Source: an uncultured Spirochaetota bacterium
Lineage (GTDB): Bacteria > Spirochaetota > UBA4802 > UBA5550
NCBI GenBank assembly: GCA_963827275.1
Contig: CAWHAA010000006.1
Location: 96,001 to 160,000 of the forward strand
Direction of reading: 5' to 3'
Length of the DNA stretch: 64,000 bases
In this document: positions 56,294-64,000 of the stretch, one piece after another
How the letters are laid out: every line of letters starts with the position of its first letter
How positions within the stretch are numbered: position 1 is the stretch's first letter
Position numbers and translations under genes: made by a program
Notes under the pieces: generated by a model
Databases searched by the model: none
Seen by the model: only the letters and a program-made list of their open reading frames with translations
Told to the model about the DNA's origin: nothing

Positions 56294-56897
56294 TATCGAA
56301 CGTCTCATACCCCCGTATGACCTTCGGCTCCTTGATGTGCTTGTTTATCTTTATCGACCATTTCTGGTCACCGTTCACCGTGACATGGATGATGCAATTG
56401 CTCGAGTATCCCCCGGGGTAGAAGGATATGTATGCGCGGCCATCGGTCACTTTTTCCCCGGTCGACCAGAGGACGTCATCTATCAAAAACGAATCGCCGA
56501 ATTCTTTGAACTGGAGGGACTTGCGCGTGCTGTCAACGAATTCGCCATCGACATAGTTGAGGACCGCGACGCCGTTTTTGCGGTTGAACACGTCCTTCAC
56601 CGGCCCCGTGTCCCCGGCATCGGCACCGGGACTGCTCAGGTACACGGTGAAAAAGTCAGTCCGGTGCCTTAAAAAGGCGTCATCGAAGGTCATGGCGAGC
56701 ATCCCGGTGACTATGGCGAACTTGTCCTGCTGGGTGCCGATCACGCGCCCGACCCGTGGGATGGCGATCATGAAGAGAAGAGATATGACCGATATGGCGA
56801 CGATCAGCTCGATGAGGGTGAAGCCGCGGTCATCATGCCGGATCGCCCTGACTAACGCGGCGGGGAGCCCGGCGGCGCTGCGCGGTCTATTTTTCAT
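56283..56897 (-). CDS. gspH: type II secretion minor pseudopilin H
   Basis: RGFTLIELIVAI prepilin motif, ISFYPGG; follows gspG. Confidence 0.82.
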   Translation of the reverse strand: MKNRPRSAAGLPAALVRAIRHDDRGFTLIELIVAISVISLLFMIAIPRVGRVIGTQQDKFAIVTGMLAMTFDDAFLRHRTDFFTVYLSSPGADAGDTGPVKDVFNRKNGVAVLNYVDGEFVDSTRKSLQFKEFGDSFLIDDVLWSTGEKVTDGRAYISFYPGGYSSNCIIHVTVNGDQKWSIKINKHIKEPKVIRGYETFDNEE

Positions 56898-57333
56898 CCC
56901 AGCTTTTTATGTCGGCGTTGAACCCTTCGCCGCCCTCTTGCTTGTCAGCGCCCATGCTCCAGATCTCGTACGAGTCGGGGTCGGATTCGCCGGGGAAGCG
57001 GTACTGGAACGGAGAGCCCCAGGGGTCAGCCGGGAGCTTTTTCAGGTAGCCCTCGGTCACCAGCGCGTTCAGTCCTTCGTCCGAAGAGGGGTAGGAGCCC
57101 TTGTCGTTGTTGTATTCCATGAGCGGGATCTCGAAGCTCTTGATCCCCACCTTCGCCGCTTCGACCCTCGATTTGTTCCAGGACCTCATCAGGTTCGGCG
57201 CGATGACGAGCCCCGTCAGGAGGGCCATGATGCTCACGACGATCATGATCTCAATAAGGGTGAAGCCGGCGTTCGCGGCGAGCCGTGAGATGACCTGATC
57301 TATTCTCTCGCGTATTGATTTTCGGGCATTCAT
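56887..57333 (-). CDS. gspG: type II secretion major pseudopilin G
   Basis: GFTLIEIMIV, YPS.DEGL.AL, DPWG..FQY, SMGAD..EGGEG..ADI. Confidence 0.94.
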   Translation of the reverse strand: MNARKSIRERIDQVISRLAANAGFTLIEIMIVVSIMALLTGLVIAPNLMRSWNKSRVEAAKVGIKSFEIPLMEYNNDKGSYPSSDEGLNALVTEGYLKKLPADPWGSPFQYRFPGESDPDSYEIWSMGADKQEGGEGFNADIKSWDEK

Positions 57334-57396
57334 TTTTTTCTCCTTTACTCTACGGAATATATTCTCTGCATGTGTTACGCCGCCAGCGGCATTATT

Positions 57397-58647
57397 TCAC
57401 TGCAGCAGCATGTTCATCTGCGTGATCGGCAGGATGACTGCCATTACGATCAGGCCTATGATGAGGCCCATCAGGATGATGATGATCGGCTCGAGCAGGC
57501 TGGTAAGGCTCGTCACGGTGAGGTCAAGCTCGGTCTCGTACACGGTGCCGATGTTGACGAGCATGCTGTCGAGGTTGTCGCTCGCTTCACCGGCGGATAT
57601 CATTCCCAGCACGAGCTTGGGAAGAAATTCCGACTTGGCGAGCGCATTTGAAACCGTGGCGCCCTCCTTTATCCTGGCGGAAGCCTCCTCTATGCTCTTC
57701 TCGATAATCACGTTCCCCACGATCTTTTTTACTATCTCGAATGATTTTATAATGTCCACCTTGTTGCTGAGGAGTATGCCCAGGTTCTGCGTGAAACGGT
57801 ACACGATAAGACGCCGGTACAGGTTGCTGACGAGTGGCAGCTTCAGCTTTAATTCGTCGATTTTGCGCCTCCCCTCGGCCGATTTCGAGTACCTGCCGTA
57901 CAGGTACACGAGCAGGGCGAAGAGCAGGAGCGGGACGTACCAGAAATGCGAAAGGAAGTTGCTGACCGCCAGGACCGCGGTGGTGACGAACGGAAGGTCC
58001 TGTTTCTGTTCCTCGAACATGTTCGCCATGGCCGGTATGACACTGGTCATGAGGAACATCATCACCGCCATGGCGAAGAGCATCATGAACGCCGGGTACC
58101 AGAGCGCGGAGCGTATCTTGCTCGTCAGGATGTTCTGCTTCTCCTCGAGCTCGGCGAGCCGCGCGATGACCTGGTCGAGCGATCCGAGGTTTTCGCCGAC
58201 ACGCACCATGCTGATGTACATCTCGGGGAAAATGCTCCTGTGCTGGGATAGCGCGTTGGAAAAGGACGAGCCCTGCTCGATCTTCTCCTTGACGTCGGCG
58301 ATGACGTTCCTGAAATGCTTGTTGTCGATCTGCTCGACGATATCGGCGATGGCCACCGGGAGGGGCAGGCCCGCCCTGAGCAGGGTGGCGAGCTGGCGCG
58401 AAAAGATTCCGATCTGCTTGGTGCTGAGCTTGAGGCTTATTACGTCTGAAAGGCGCTGGAAGAGGGCCTTCATCGAGGTCTTGGCGGCATCGGCGGTTTC
58501 GGTGGTGGAGATCTCCTGCTTCTTGATCTTCGTCAGGTACATCCCCTGGCCGCGGATCTTCTGCCGCGCGCTCATCTCCGATGGGGCGTCAAGGTAGTCC
58601 GTGACGGTTTTCCCGGTCCTGTCAAGGGCCTGGTACTGAAAAATCAT
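57397..58647 (-). CDS. gspF: type II secretion inner-membrane platform protein F
   Basis: FSRQLATLLRAGLP, GE..GSLD, ALWYP, GEASDNL, LLEPIII. Confidence 0.94.
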   Translation of the reverse strand: MIFQYQALDRTGKTVTDYLDAPSEMSARQKIRGQGMYLTKIKKQEISTTETADAAKTSMKALFQRLSDVISLKLSTKQIGIFSRQLATLLRAGLPLPVAIADIVEQIDNKHFRNVIADVKEKIEQGSSFSNALSQHRSIFPEMYISMVRVGENLGSLDQVIARLAELEEKQNILTSKIRSALWYPAFMMLFAMAVMMFLMTSVIPAMANMFEEQKQDLPFVTTAVLAVSNFLSHFWYVPLLLFALLVYLYGRYSKSAEGRRKIDELKLKLPLVSNLYRRLIVYRFTQNLGILLSNKVDIIKSFEIVKKIVGNVIIEKSIEEASARIKEGATVSNALAKSEFLPKLVLGMISAGEASDNLDSMLVNIGTVYETELDLTVTSLTSLLEPIIIILMGLIIGLIVMAVILPITQMNMLLQ

Positions 58648-58669
58648 GAGGTGGCTCCCCGCCCTGGCG

Positions 58670-60370
58670 TCAGCATACCCGAAGGACTTCCTCTATTGTA
58701 GTCATCCCTTCAATTGATTTATCGATGCCGTCCTGAAGGAGGGTCTTCATTCCCTCCCTGATCGCGAATTCCTTGATAAGCTGGGCCTCGGCGTGCTCCA
58801 TGATCATCTTGCGTACGCCGCTTGTCAGTACCAGGAGCTCAAATATGCCGTACCTGCCGGCATACCCGGTGTTCAGGCACTTTTCGCATCCCTTTCCCCG
58901 GAACAGCTTTCCCCCCTTCAGCTGTGACGGTTTTATCCCGAGGTCCGCCAGCACCTTGGGGGAGGGCTTGTACGGCTCCCTGCATGACGGGCATATCTTC
59001 CGGACAAGCCGCTGCGCCAGGTAGGCGTTCACCGACGAGGTTATCAGGAAGGGCTCGATGCCCATGTCGATGAGGCGCGTGATCCCGCTCGCGGCGTCGT
59101 TGGTGTGGAGCGTGGAGAAGACCCGGTGCCCGGTCAGGGCCGCCTGTACCGCTATCTCCGCCGTTTCATGGTCGCGGATTTCACCCACCATGACAATGTC
59201 GGGGTCCTGGCGAAGGATCGAGCGGAGCCCGCTCGCAAAGGTAAGGTTGATGGACGGTTTCACCTGCATCTGCCCTATGCCGGATATCTGGTATTCGATC
59301 GGGTCTTCAACCGTGAGGATGTTGACGTCGTCGCTGTTCAGCTTTGTCAGGACGCTGTAGAGCGTGGTCGACTTGCCGCTCCCGGTCGGGCCGGTGACCA
59401 GCACAATGCCGTAGGTCTTTTTAATTAATTTATCGAACTCGGCAAGGGTGTGCTCGTCAAAGCCGATGGCGGCGAGGTCGAAGCTCATGTCGGACTTGTT
59501 CAGTATCCGGAGGACAATCCGCTCCCCGTAGTAGGTCGGGAAGGTCGAGACGCGGATGTCGATGTCTTTGCCGGCGATCTTGAGCTGGATCCGGCCATCT
59601 TGAGGGAGGCGGTTCTCGGCGATGTTCAGGTTTGCCATGATCTTGATCCGGGATATGATCGCGCCCTGGTACCTTTTCGGGGGTGTGTACATGTTATAGA
59701 GTATGCCGTCTATCCTGAAGCGCACGGTAAGCTCCTTTTCAAAGGGCTCAACGTGTATGTCGCTCGCGCGGTCGGTCACCGCCTGCTTGATGAAGGTGTT
59801 TACGAGGCGGATAATGGGGGCCTCGTTGGCCATGTCCATGATGTCTTCGGTCTCGGATATCGAGGAGGTGAGGATCTCGAAATCGGATTCCTCGAGGTCT
59901 TCTATGACATCGTCGGTGGATTCGGTCTTCAGCACGTTGTAATGGAGGCTGATGATGCGCTGCACCTCGTCATCCGTGGTCAGCACCGCGACAAAATCGT
60001 ATTCAGGGAAGAGCATCTTCAGGTCGTCAAGGGGCTGTATGTTCAGGACGTCGACGATGCCCACCTGGATGGTGCTTCCCTTTTTCCTGAAGGGGACCAT
60101 CTTGTTCTTTCTCAGGAAGTGCACCGGGATGTTCGCGAAGAGGTTCTCAGTGTCGATGAAGTCGATGTGCGGCATGAAGGTCATGTCGTATTGCTCGGCA
60201 AGGCAGGCCAGGACGTCCTCTTCAGCGGCGGCCCCTTTCTTTATCAGCAGCTGCCCCAGGCGGAGCGGGGTGCTCTTCTGCGCCAGGAGCGCCTCCTGGA
60301 GCTCTTCCTGGGTGATGCATTTCCGGTCAACGAGGATCTCGCCGATGTATTTTGCCTTGATCTTCGGCAT
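58670..60370 (-). CDS. gspE: type II secretion ATPase E
   Basis: N-terminal MshEN-like IGEILV/RLGQLL, ASDIHVEP, PQDGR, GPTGSGKSTT, LRQDPD, CPSC/CEKC. Confidence 0.96.
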   Translation of the reverse strand: MPKIKAKYIGEILVDRKCITQEELQEALLAQKSTPLRLGQLLIKKGAAAEEDVLACLAEQYDMTFMPHIDFIDTENLFANIPVHFLRKNKMVPFRKKGSTIQVGIVDVLNIQPLDDLKMLFPEYDFVAVLTTDDEVQRIISLHYNVLKTESTDDVIEDLEESDFEILTSSISETEDIMDMANEAPIIRLVNTFIKQAVTDRASDIHVEPFEKELTVRFRIDGILYNMYTPPKRYQGAIISRIKIMANLNIAENRLPQDGRIQLKIAGKDIDIRVSTFPTYYGERIVLRILNKSDMSFDLAAIGFDEHTLAEFDKLIKKTYGIVLVTGPTGSGKSTTLYSVLTKLNSDDVNILTVEDPIEYQISGIGQMQVKPSINLTFASGLRSILRQDPDIVMVGEIRDHETAEIAVQAALTGHRVFSTLHTNDAASGITRLIDMGIEPFLITSSVNAYLAQRLVRKICPSCREPYKPSPKVLADLGIKPSQLKGGKLFRGKGCEKCLNTGYAGRYGIFELLVLTSGVRKMIMEHAEAQLIKEFAIREGMKTLLQDGIDKSIEGMTTIEEVLRVC

Positions 60371-60372
60371 GC

Positions 60373-62139
60373 CTATTTTTTCCTGAGCCTTCTCATGGTT
60401 TCCATCTTTTCCTTGGTGATGGATTCGAGCTTGGAGCGTTTTGTGACGATATGCGGCGTTATGAAAACCAGCAGGTTGGTCTTTTTATAGTTGGCGGTCT
60501 TCGTTTTGAAGAGCCACCCCAGGACCGGGATGTCGCCCAGCAGGGGGACCTTCGACTCGGATATGTCCTTCTTGTTGCTGATCAGCCCTCCCACGACGAT
60601 GGTCTTGCCGTCATAGACGGTGACCTTGGTCTTGATGTCGCGCTTGCCGAGCTTCGGCGGGATGACGGAGCCGCCGGACGTCTGGGTGGACTCGCCGAGT
60701 ATGTTGTTTACCTCCTGGTAGAGGTCAAGGGTGATGCGTTTTTTCTGGGTGATGTGGGGGGTGATCTTCAGCTTGATGCCCACGGTCTTGTACTCGTAGG
60801 TCTGGAAGGTCGTGTTCTGGTCCGTGATGCGGTTGTTGGTCGTCACGGCGATCTCTTCCCCCACGTTGAGCTCCGCCTCGCTGTTATCGATGGTCAGCAC
60901 CTGCGGTGTCGAGAGTATGTTGAAATTGCTGTCGGTGGCCGACGCGTTCAGCAGGGCGAAGGAGAGTATGCTGGTGTCGGGCATGTACGCGAGCTGGAAG
61001 CCCGGGTTGATGGGCATGGCGGGCGTCTTTCCTGTGGGGAGGCCGGCCGGGAGCGCCCAGTTCGCGAAGTTCGTGCTGTTGATCTTTGACCCGCCGTACA
61101 TGTGAGCGCCGCTCTTGTTGCCCAGCATCCAGTCTATGCCGAAGCCCCAGCCGTTCTCCACGGATACTTCGACGATCATGGCCTCTATCAGCACCTGCTC
61201 GCGCACTATATCGAGCTCCTTTATGACGCGGAGGATCTCGGCGTACTCGTCGGGTTTCGCGGTGATGATGAGGGAGTTGGTGTCCTTGTTCGATATGATC
61301 GAGAGCTTCGCGGTCTTGTCCGCGCCGGCGCCGTGCTGCTGCGTCACCCTCCGTGCCTTGTCGGAGGGCTCGACTTTCTGGGGTTGGGGGACAGGGGAGG
61401 TGTCGATCTTCGCGGATTCAGAAAACGGGATCCGCGCGAGGACGGCGGCAAGGTCGTCAGCGTTGGCGTTCTCGAGGTGATAGACATGGATGTTGCCGCT
61501 CGTTCTCTCGGGCCCCGTCGGGGCTATTTTCTCGTCCAGGGACCTGGCTATCTTGATGAGCCCGTTCACCTCGGAGGTAATGCCGGTAATGATGAGTATG
61601 TTCAGGGACTGGTATACGACGACGTCGGTGTTCTTCGACTTGAGGGAGCGCAGCGCGTTGGCCACCTCGTTCGCGTCGGCGTTTTTCATCTCCAGGAGAA
61701 ACGTTATGGAGCGTTCGTCCGTCATCGGCTTGCCGTCGACAATAATGGAAGAGTTTTTCTTTATGGCCTCCTCGATAGGGAGGATCTTGATGAGGTTCGG
61801 CGTCTCGACGATGGAGAGCCCCTTGACCTCGAGGATCGCCTTCATGACATTGTATGCCTCGTTAAGGGGGACCTTGCGCGCGGAGCTGATTGAAATCTTG
61901 CCCTTCACGCGGTCGTCGATAATGATGTTCTTCCCGATCAGGCCGCCCATGACATTGATGAATTCGGCGATTTCAACGTCCTTGAAATTGAGGGCGAACA
62001 TTTTAGGGCCCTTCGGTTTTTTTGCTTTCTGCGGCGCCGCGATTACCTCGGAGGGGGCGTGTAGTGTCCCATTCATGAACGGAACGGCCAGGATGAGCGC
62101 GCTGATCAGAATGGGTTTTTTCAATCGTGATAAATTCAT
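60373..62139 (-). CDS. gspD: type II secretion secretin D
   Basis: N0 (LNFKDVEI), N-domains, QVLIEAMIVEV, ILSTP, GIKLKITPHI, VPLLGDIPVLGWLFK. Confidence 0.95.
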   Translation of the reverse strand: MNLSRLKKPILISALILAVPFMNGTLHAPSEVIAAPQKAKKPKGPKMFALNFKDVEIAEFINVMGGLIGKNIIIDDRVKGKISISSARKVPLNEAYNVMKAILEVKGLSIVETPNLIKILPIEEAIKKNSSIIVDGKPMTDERSITFLLEMKNADANEVANALRSLKSKNTDVVVYQSLNILIITGITSEVNGLIKIARSLDEKIAPTGPERTSGNIHVYHLENANADDLAAVLARIPFSESAKIDTSPVPQPQKVEPSDKARRVTQQHGAGADKTAKLSIISNKDTNSLIITAKPDEYAEILRVIKELDIVREQVLIEAMIVEVSVENGWGFGIDWMLGNKSGAHMYGGSKINSTNFANWALPAGLPTGKTPAMPINPGFQLAYMPDTSILSFALLNASATDSNFNILSTPQVLTIDNSEAELNVGEEIAVTTNNRITDQNTTFQTYEYKTVGIKLKITPHITQKKRITLDLYQEVNNILGESTQTSGGSVIPPKLGKRDIKTKVTVYDGKTIVVGGLISNKKDISESKVPLLGDIPVLGWLFKTKTANYKKTNLLVFITPHIVTKRSKLESITKEKMETMRRLRKK

Positions 62140-62163
62140 TACACTTTCCTTGTAAGACGGTAA

Positions 62164-63033
62164 TTAATCGGTTATGTTGAAATCGTACCGTATATCCTTT
62201 CCGTTCCGCTCGAGGTCAATCGTGATCTTCGGGTCGTTCTTGATCGTCTCCCACATGGACATCAGCTTCTGGGTGCTGTCGAGCATCTGGCCATTGACGC
62301 GCTTGATAACGTCGCCGCTGCGGGCGCCGAGCTTGAACAGGATATTCTGCGGCCGGACCGAGGTGAGGCGATAGCCGACGATCTGGCCGTTGATACGGTG
62401 CGGGCCCGCCTGGAGCCCCTGCAGCGCGTTGTCCATGTTGTTGAACACTTTCTGTCGTACTTCGGCCCTGCTGAGCGTCTGGGTGAACTGCTGCGCCCCG
62501 GCCCCCGGCTGGCCGGCCACGCCCGGAGGGGCGTTCGGGGCCACGATCTGCTTGGCATACAGCTCAAGGGCGATTCTCTGTCCGCCGGCTTCGAGGTAGA
62601 CCCTGGAATCGCCGATCGACACGAGCTTGTTGCCGTAGACGTCGTTGCCCACCTCGCTATTGACCTTGTACAGGGCGAAGACGCCGGGGCTTTTCTCTCC
62701 GGTTTTGAGTATCATCGCACGCGAGATGCTCGCGGGACCGCTGATGGTGCCCAGCAGCGTAAGCTCGCTGATGCCGGCGCCGGCAGGGCCCTGGCTGTCG
62801 CCGGCGAGATCGCCGGCGCCCGGCAGCTTGAAAAATCCGCACTCGGCGATGGCAGCGTACTCCTCGAAATTCTTGCGTACTGCCGCGGTATATGGTTTCC
62901 GGTACGAAGTTGTCGGTTTCGTGTACGCGGGGGATATCTTGTATTTGATAACCTGGTTTATCGTGGATGCCAGCAAAAATGAAAAGATCATTATTGACAG
63001 GATGTTGAGGGAATGGTACTTTAAATTCTGCAT
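62164..63033 (-). CDS. gspC: type II secretion protein C (with PDZ domain)
   Basis: N-terminal TM, LTLLGTI HR domain, PDZ (LGARSGDVIKRVNG, LERNG); first gene of the gsp operon. Confidence 0.88.
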   Translation of the reverse strand: MQNLKYHSLNILSIMIFSFLLASTINQVIKYKISPAYTKPTTSYRKPYTAAVRKNFEEYAAIAECGFFKLPGAGDLAGDSQGPAGAGISELTLLGTISGPASISRAMILKTGEKSPGVFALYKVNSEVGNDVYGNKLVSIGDSRVYLEAGGQRIALELYAKQIVAPNAPPGVAGQPGAGAQQFTQTLSRAEVRQKVFNNMDNALQGLQAGPHRINGQIVGYRLTSVRPQNILFKLGARSGDVIKRVNGQMLDSTQKLMSMWETIKNDPKITIDLERNGKDIRYDFNITD

Positions 63034-63172
63034 GAATTACAAAACCCTGTAATTATGTCCGCTTATAGTTAAGGATCATTCATTGGCATGTCTTGAATAA
63101 TAAAAATATGCAATGAATTTATATTATTTTTTATATAAAATCATCATATATTAACAAATTTCGTCAAGTAAT

Positions 63173-63850
63173 TTACTCAATAATCACATTTTTTGGGGGG
63201 ATGACTTCAATATGATTCCGGACAGCCAGTCCCCGCTTGAAAAATTTTATTCGTATGACATACAGAACGACAGCGATCCCGGCAACCCCCAGGATGACCA
63301 GTTTATACCTGTTTAAATAAGGGAAGATGCGTTCGAAATTGTTACCAAAAGAATAGCCCAGATAAAATAATATGGACGATGTGCAGAGCAGGGCGCAGAG
63401 ATCGATGATCATGAACTTGATCATGTTCATGTGGATGAGGCCGCTGGTCATGAACAGGACGTTCCTCATCCCGAAAGGGATGAATCGGCCGAAAAAGAGG
63501 GTCTTGCCGCCATACTTTGAAAAATACGCTTTGACGGTCTCTATCTTCTGATCGATCTTTTCCCTGTTTACAATTTTTGTGCGCAGGAGTACGCTGCTGA
63601 AAAGGACCCTGTTGATCCCGTAGCGCCCGATCAGGTAGGCCTCAATGTCGCTCAGGTATGCGCCCAGGAAGCAACCGGCAAAAATATAATACGTATGTTC
63701 CGGTACAACGGTCGCTGCGAGGGAGGCGGAAACAATGAAAACGACGTCTTCTGAAACAGGCAGGTTTAATCCTGCAAGCAGGAGGAGGCCGAAAGATACA
63801 TAGTGCAAATAGGGGGCCATCCCTGCAAGAATCGCTTGTATATCAAACAT
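63173..63850 (-). CDS. dedA: DedA family membrane protein
   Basis: GLNLPVSED, GAYLSD...Y.IGR, YGGKTLFFGRFIP.G.R. Confidence 0.9.
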   Translation of the reverse strand: MFDIQAILAGMAPYLHYVSFGLLLLAGLNLPVSEDVVFIVSASLAATVVPEHTYYIFAGCFLGAYLSDIEAYLIGRYGINRVLFSSVLLRTKIVNREKIDQKIETVKAYFSKYGGKTLFFGRFIPFGMRNVLFMTSGLIHMNMIKFMIIDLCALLCTSSILFYLGYSFGNNFERIFPYLNRYKLVILGVAGIAVVLYVIRIKFFKRGLAVRNHIEVIPPKNVIIE

Positions 63851-64000
63851 GAACGTATGACCTTGTTACATTACCGGACGATAAACGGCTTTGCTTTGAT
63901 GGCGGGCATGCCTTTTTTGACCCATATTCGCACCTGAATGGCGCTTTCCCCGTCCTGGTTAGTTATAGTGCCAATCTCTTCTATATTTGCGATCGAGTCA

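Noticed and set aside
57410..62155. Long plus-strand ORFs (395, 346, 263 and 221 aa) opposite gspF/E/D, and similar ones opposite rnr, the FabK-like gene and the OMP
   Set aside because: These are antisense shadow ORFs expected from GC-rich codon bias; they have no motifs and fully overlap well-supported genes.
1..64000. CRISPR arrays, tRNA/rRNA, transposases, integrases, prophage or defence systems
   Set aside because: No regularly spaced repeats, cloverleaf-like sequences or such protein motifs were recognised; nearly all sequence is explained by the listed genes, though a by-eye scan can miss short RNAs.

Overview
This is a GC-rich (AT-rich intergenic) bacterial chromosomal window, probably from an anaerobic Spirochaetota lineage. 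That placement is inferred from many lipoproteins, a long GpsA fusion after dnaG-rpoD, and a gspC-N operon. I saw no rRNA, tRNA, CRISPR array, prophage or IS element. Bases ~2.1-15.3 kb form an oxygen-defence island: cysteine synthase and serine acetyltransferase, CoA-disulfide reductase, rubrerythrin, ferritin, desulfoferrodoxin, cytochrome bd, rubredoxin, PerR with a matching operator, a frameshifted flavodiiron protein, a pentaheme lipoprotein cytochrome, BCP peroxiredoxin and an Ogg2-type 8-oxoG glycosylase. The island also hides a gene absent from the ORF track: a HesB/IscA-like selenoprotein (5633-5938) with an in-frame TGA followed by a SECIS-like hairpin. The cysteine synthase has no canonical start upstream of its conserved N-terminus and may start at ACG. 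The middle of the window holds housekeeping and envelope genes (pepA, rnr, FabK-like, bcd, nnr, OMP, LysM-M23, TPR, stand-alone ParB domain, rlmD, dnaG, rpoD, gpsA fusion). The right part is one long minus-strand run: dedA, a complete T2SS gspCDEFGHIJKLMN, an IspH-UbiA-like fusion, aroE, folC, hypotheticals, and an FGGY kinase paired with a sphingosine-1-phosphate-lyase-like enzyme. All family calls come from motif recognition by eye; no searches were run.
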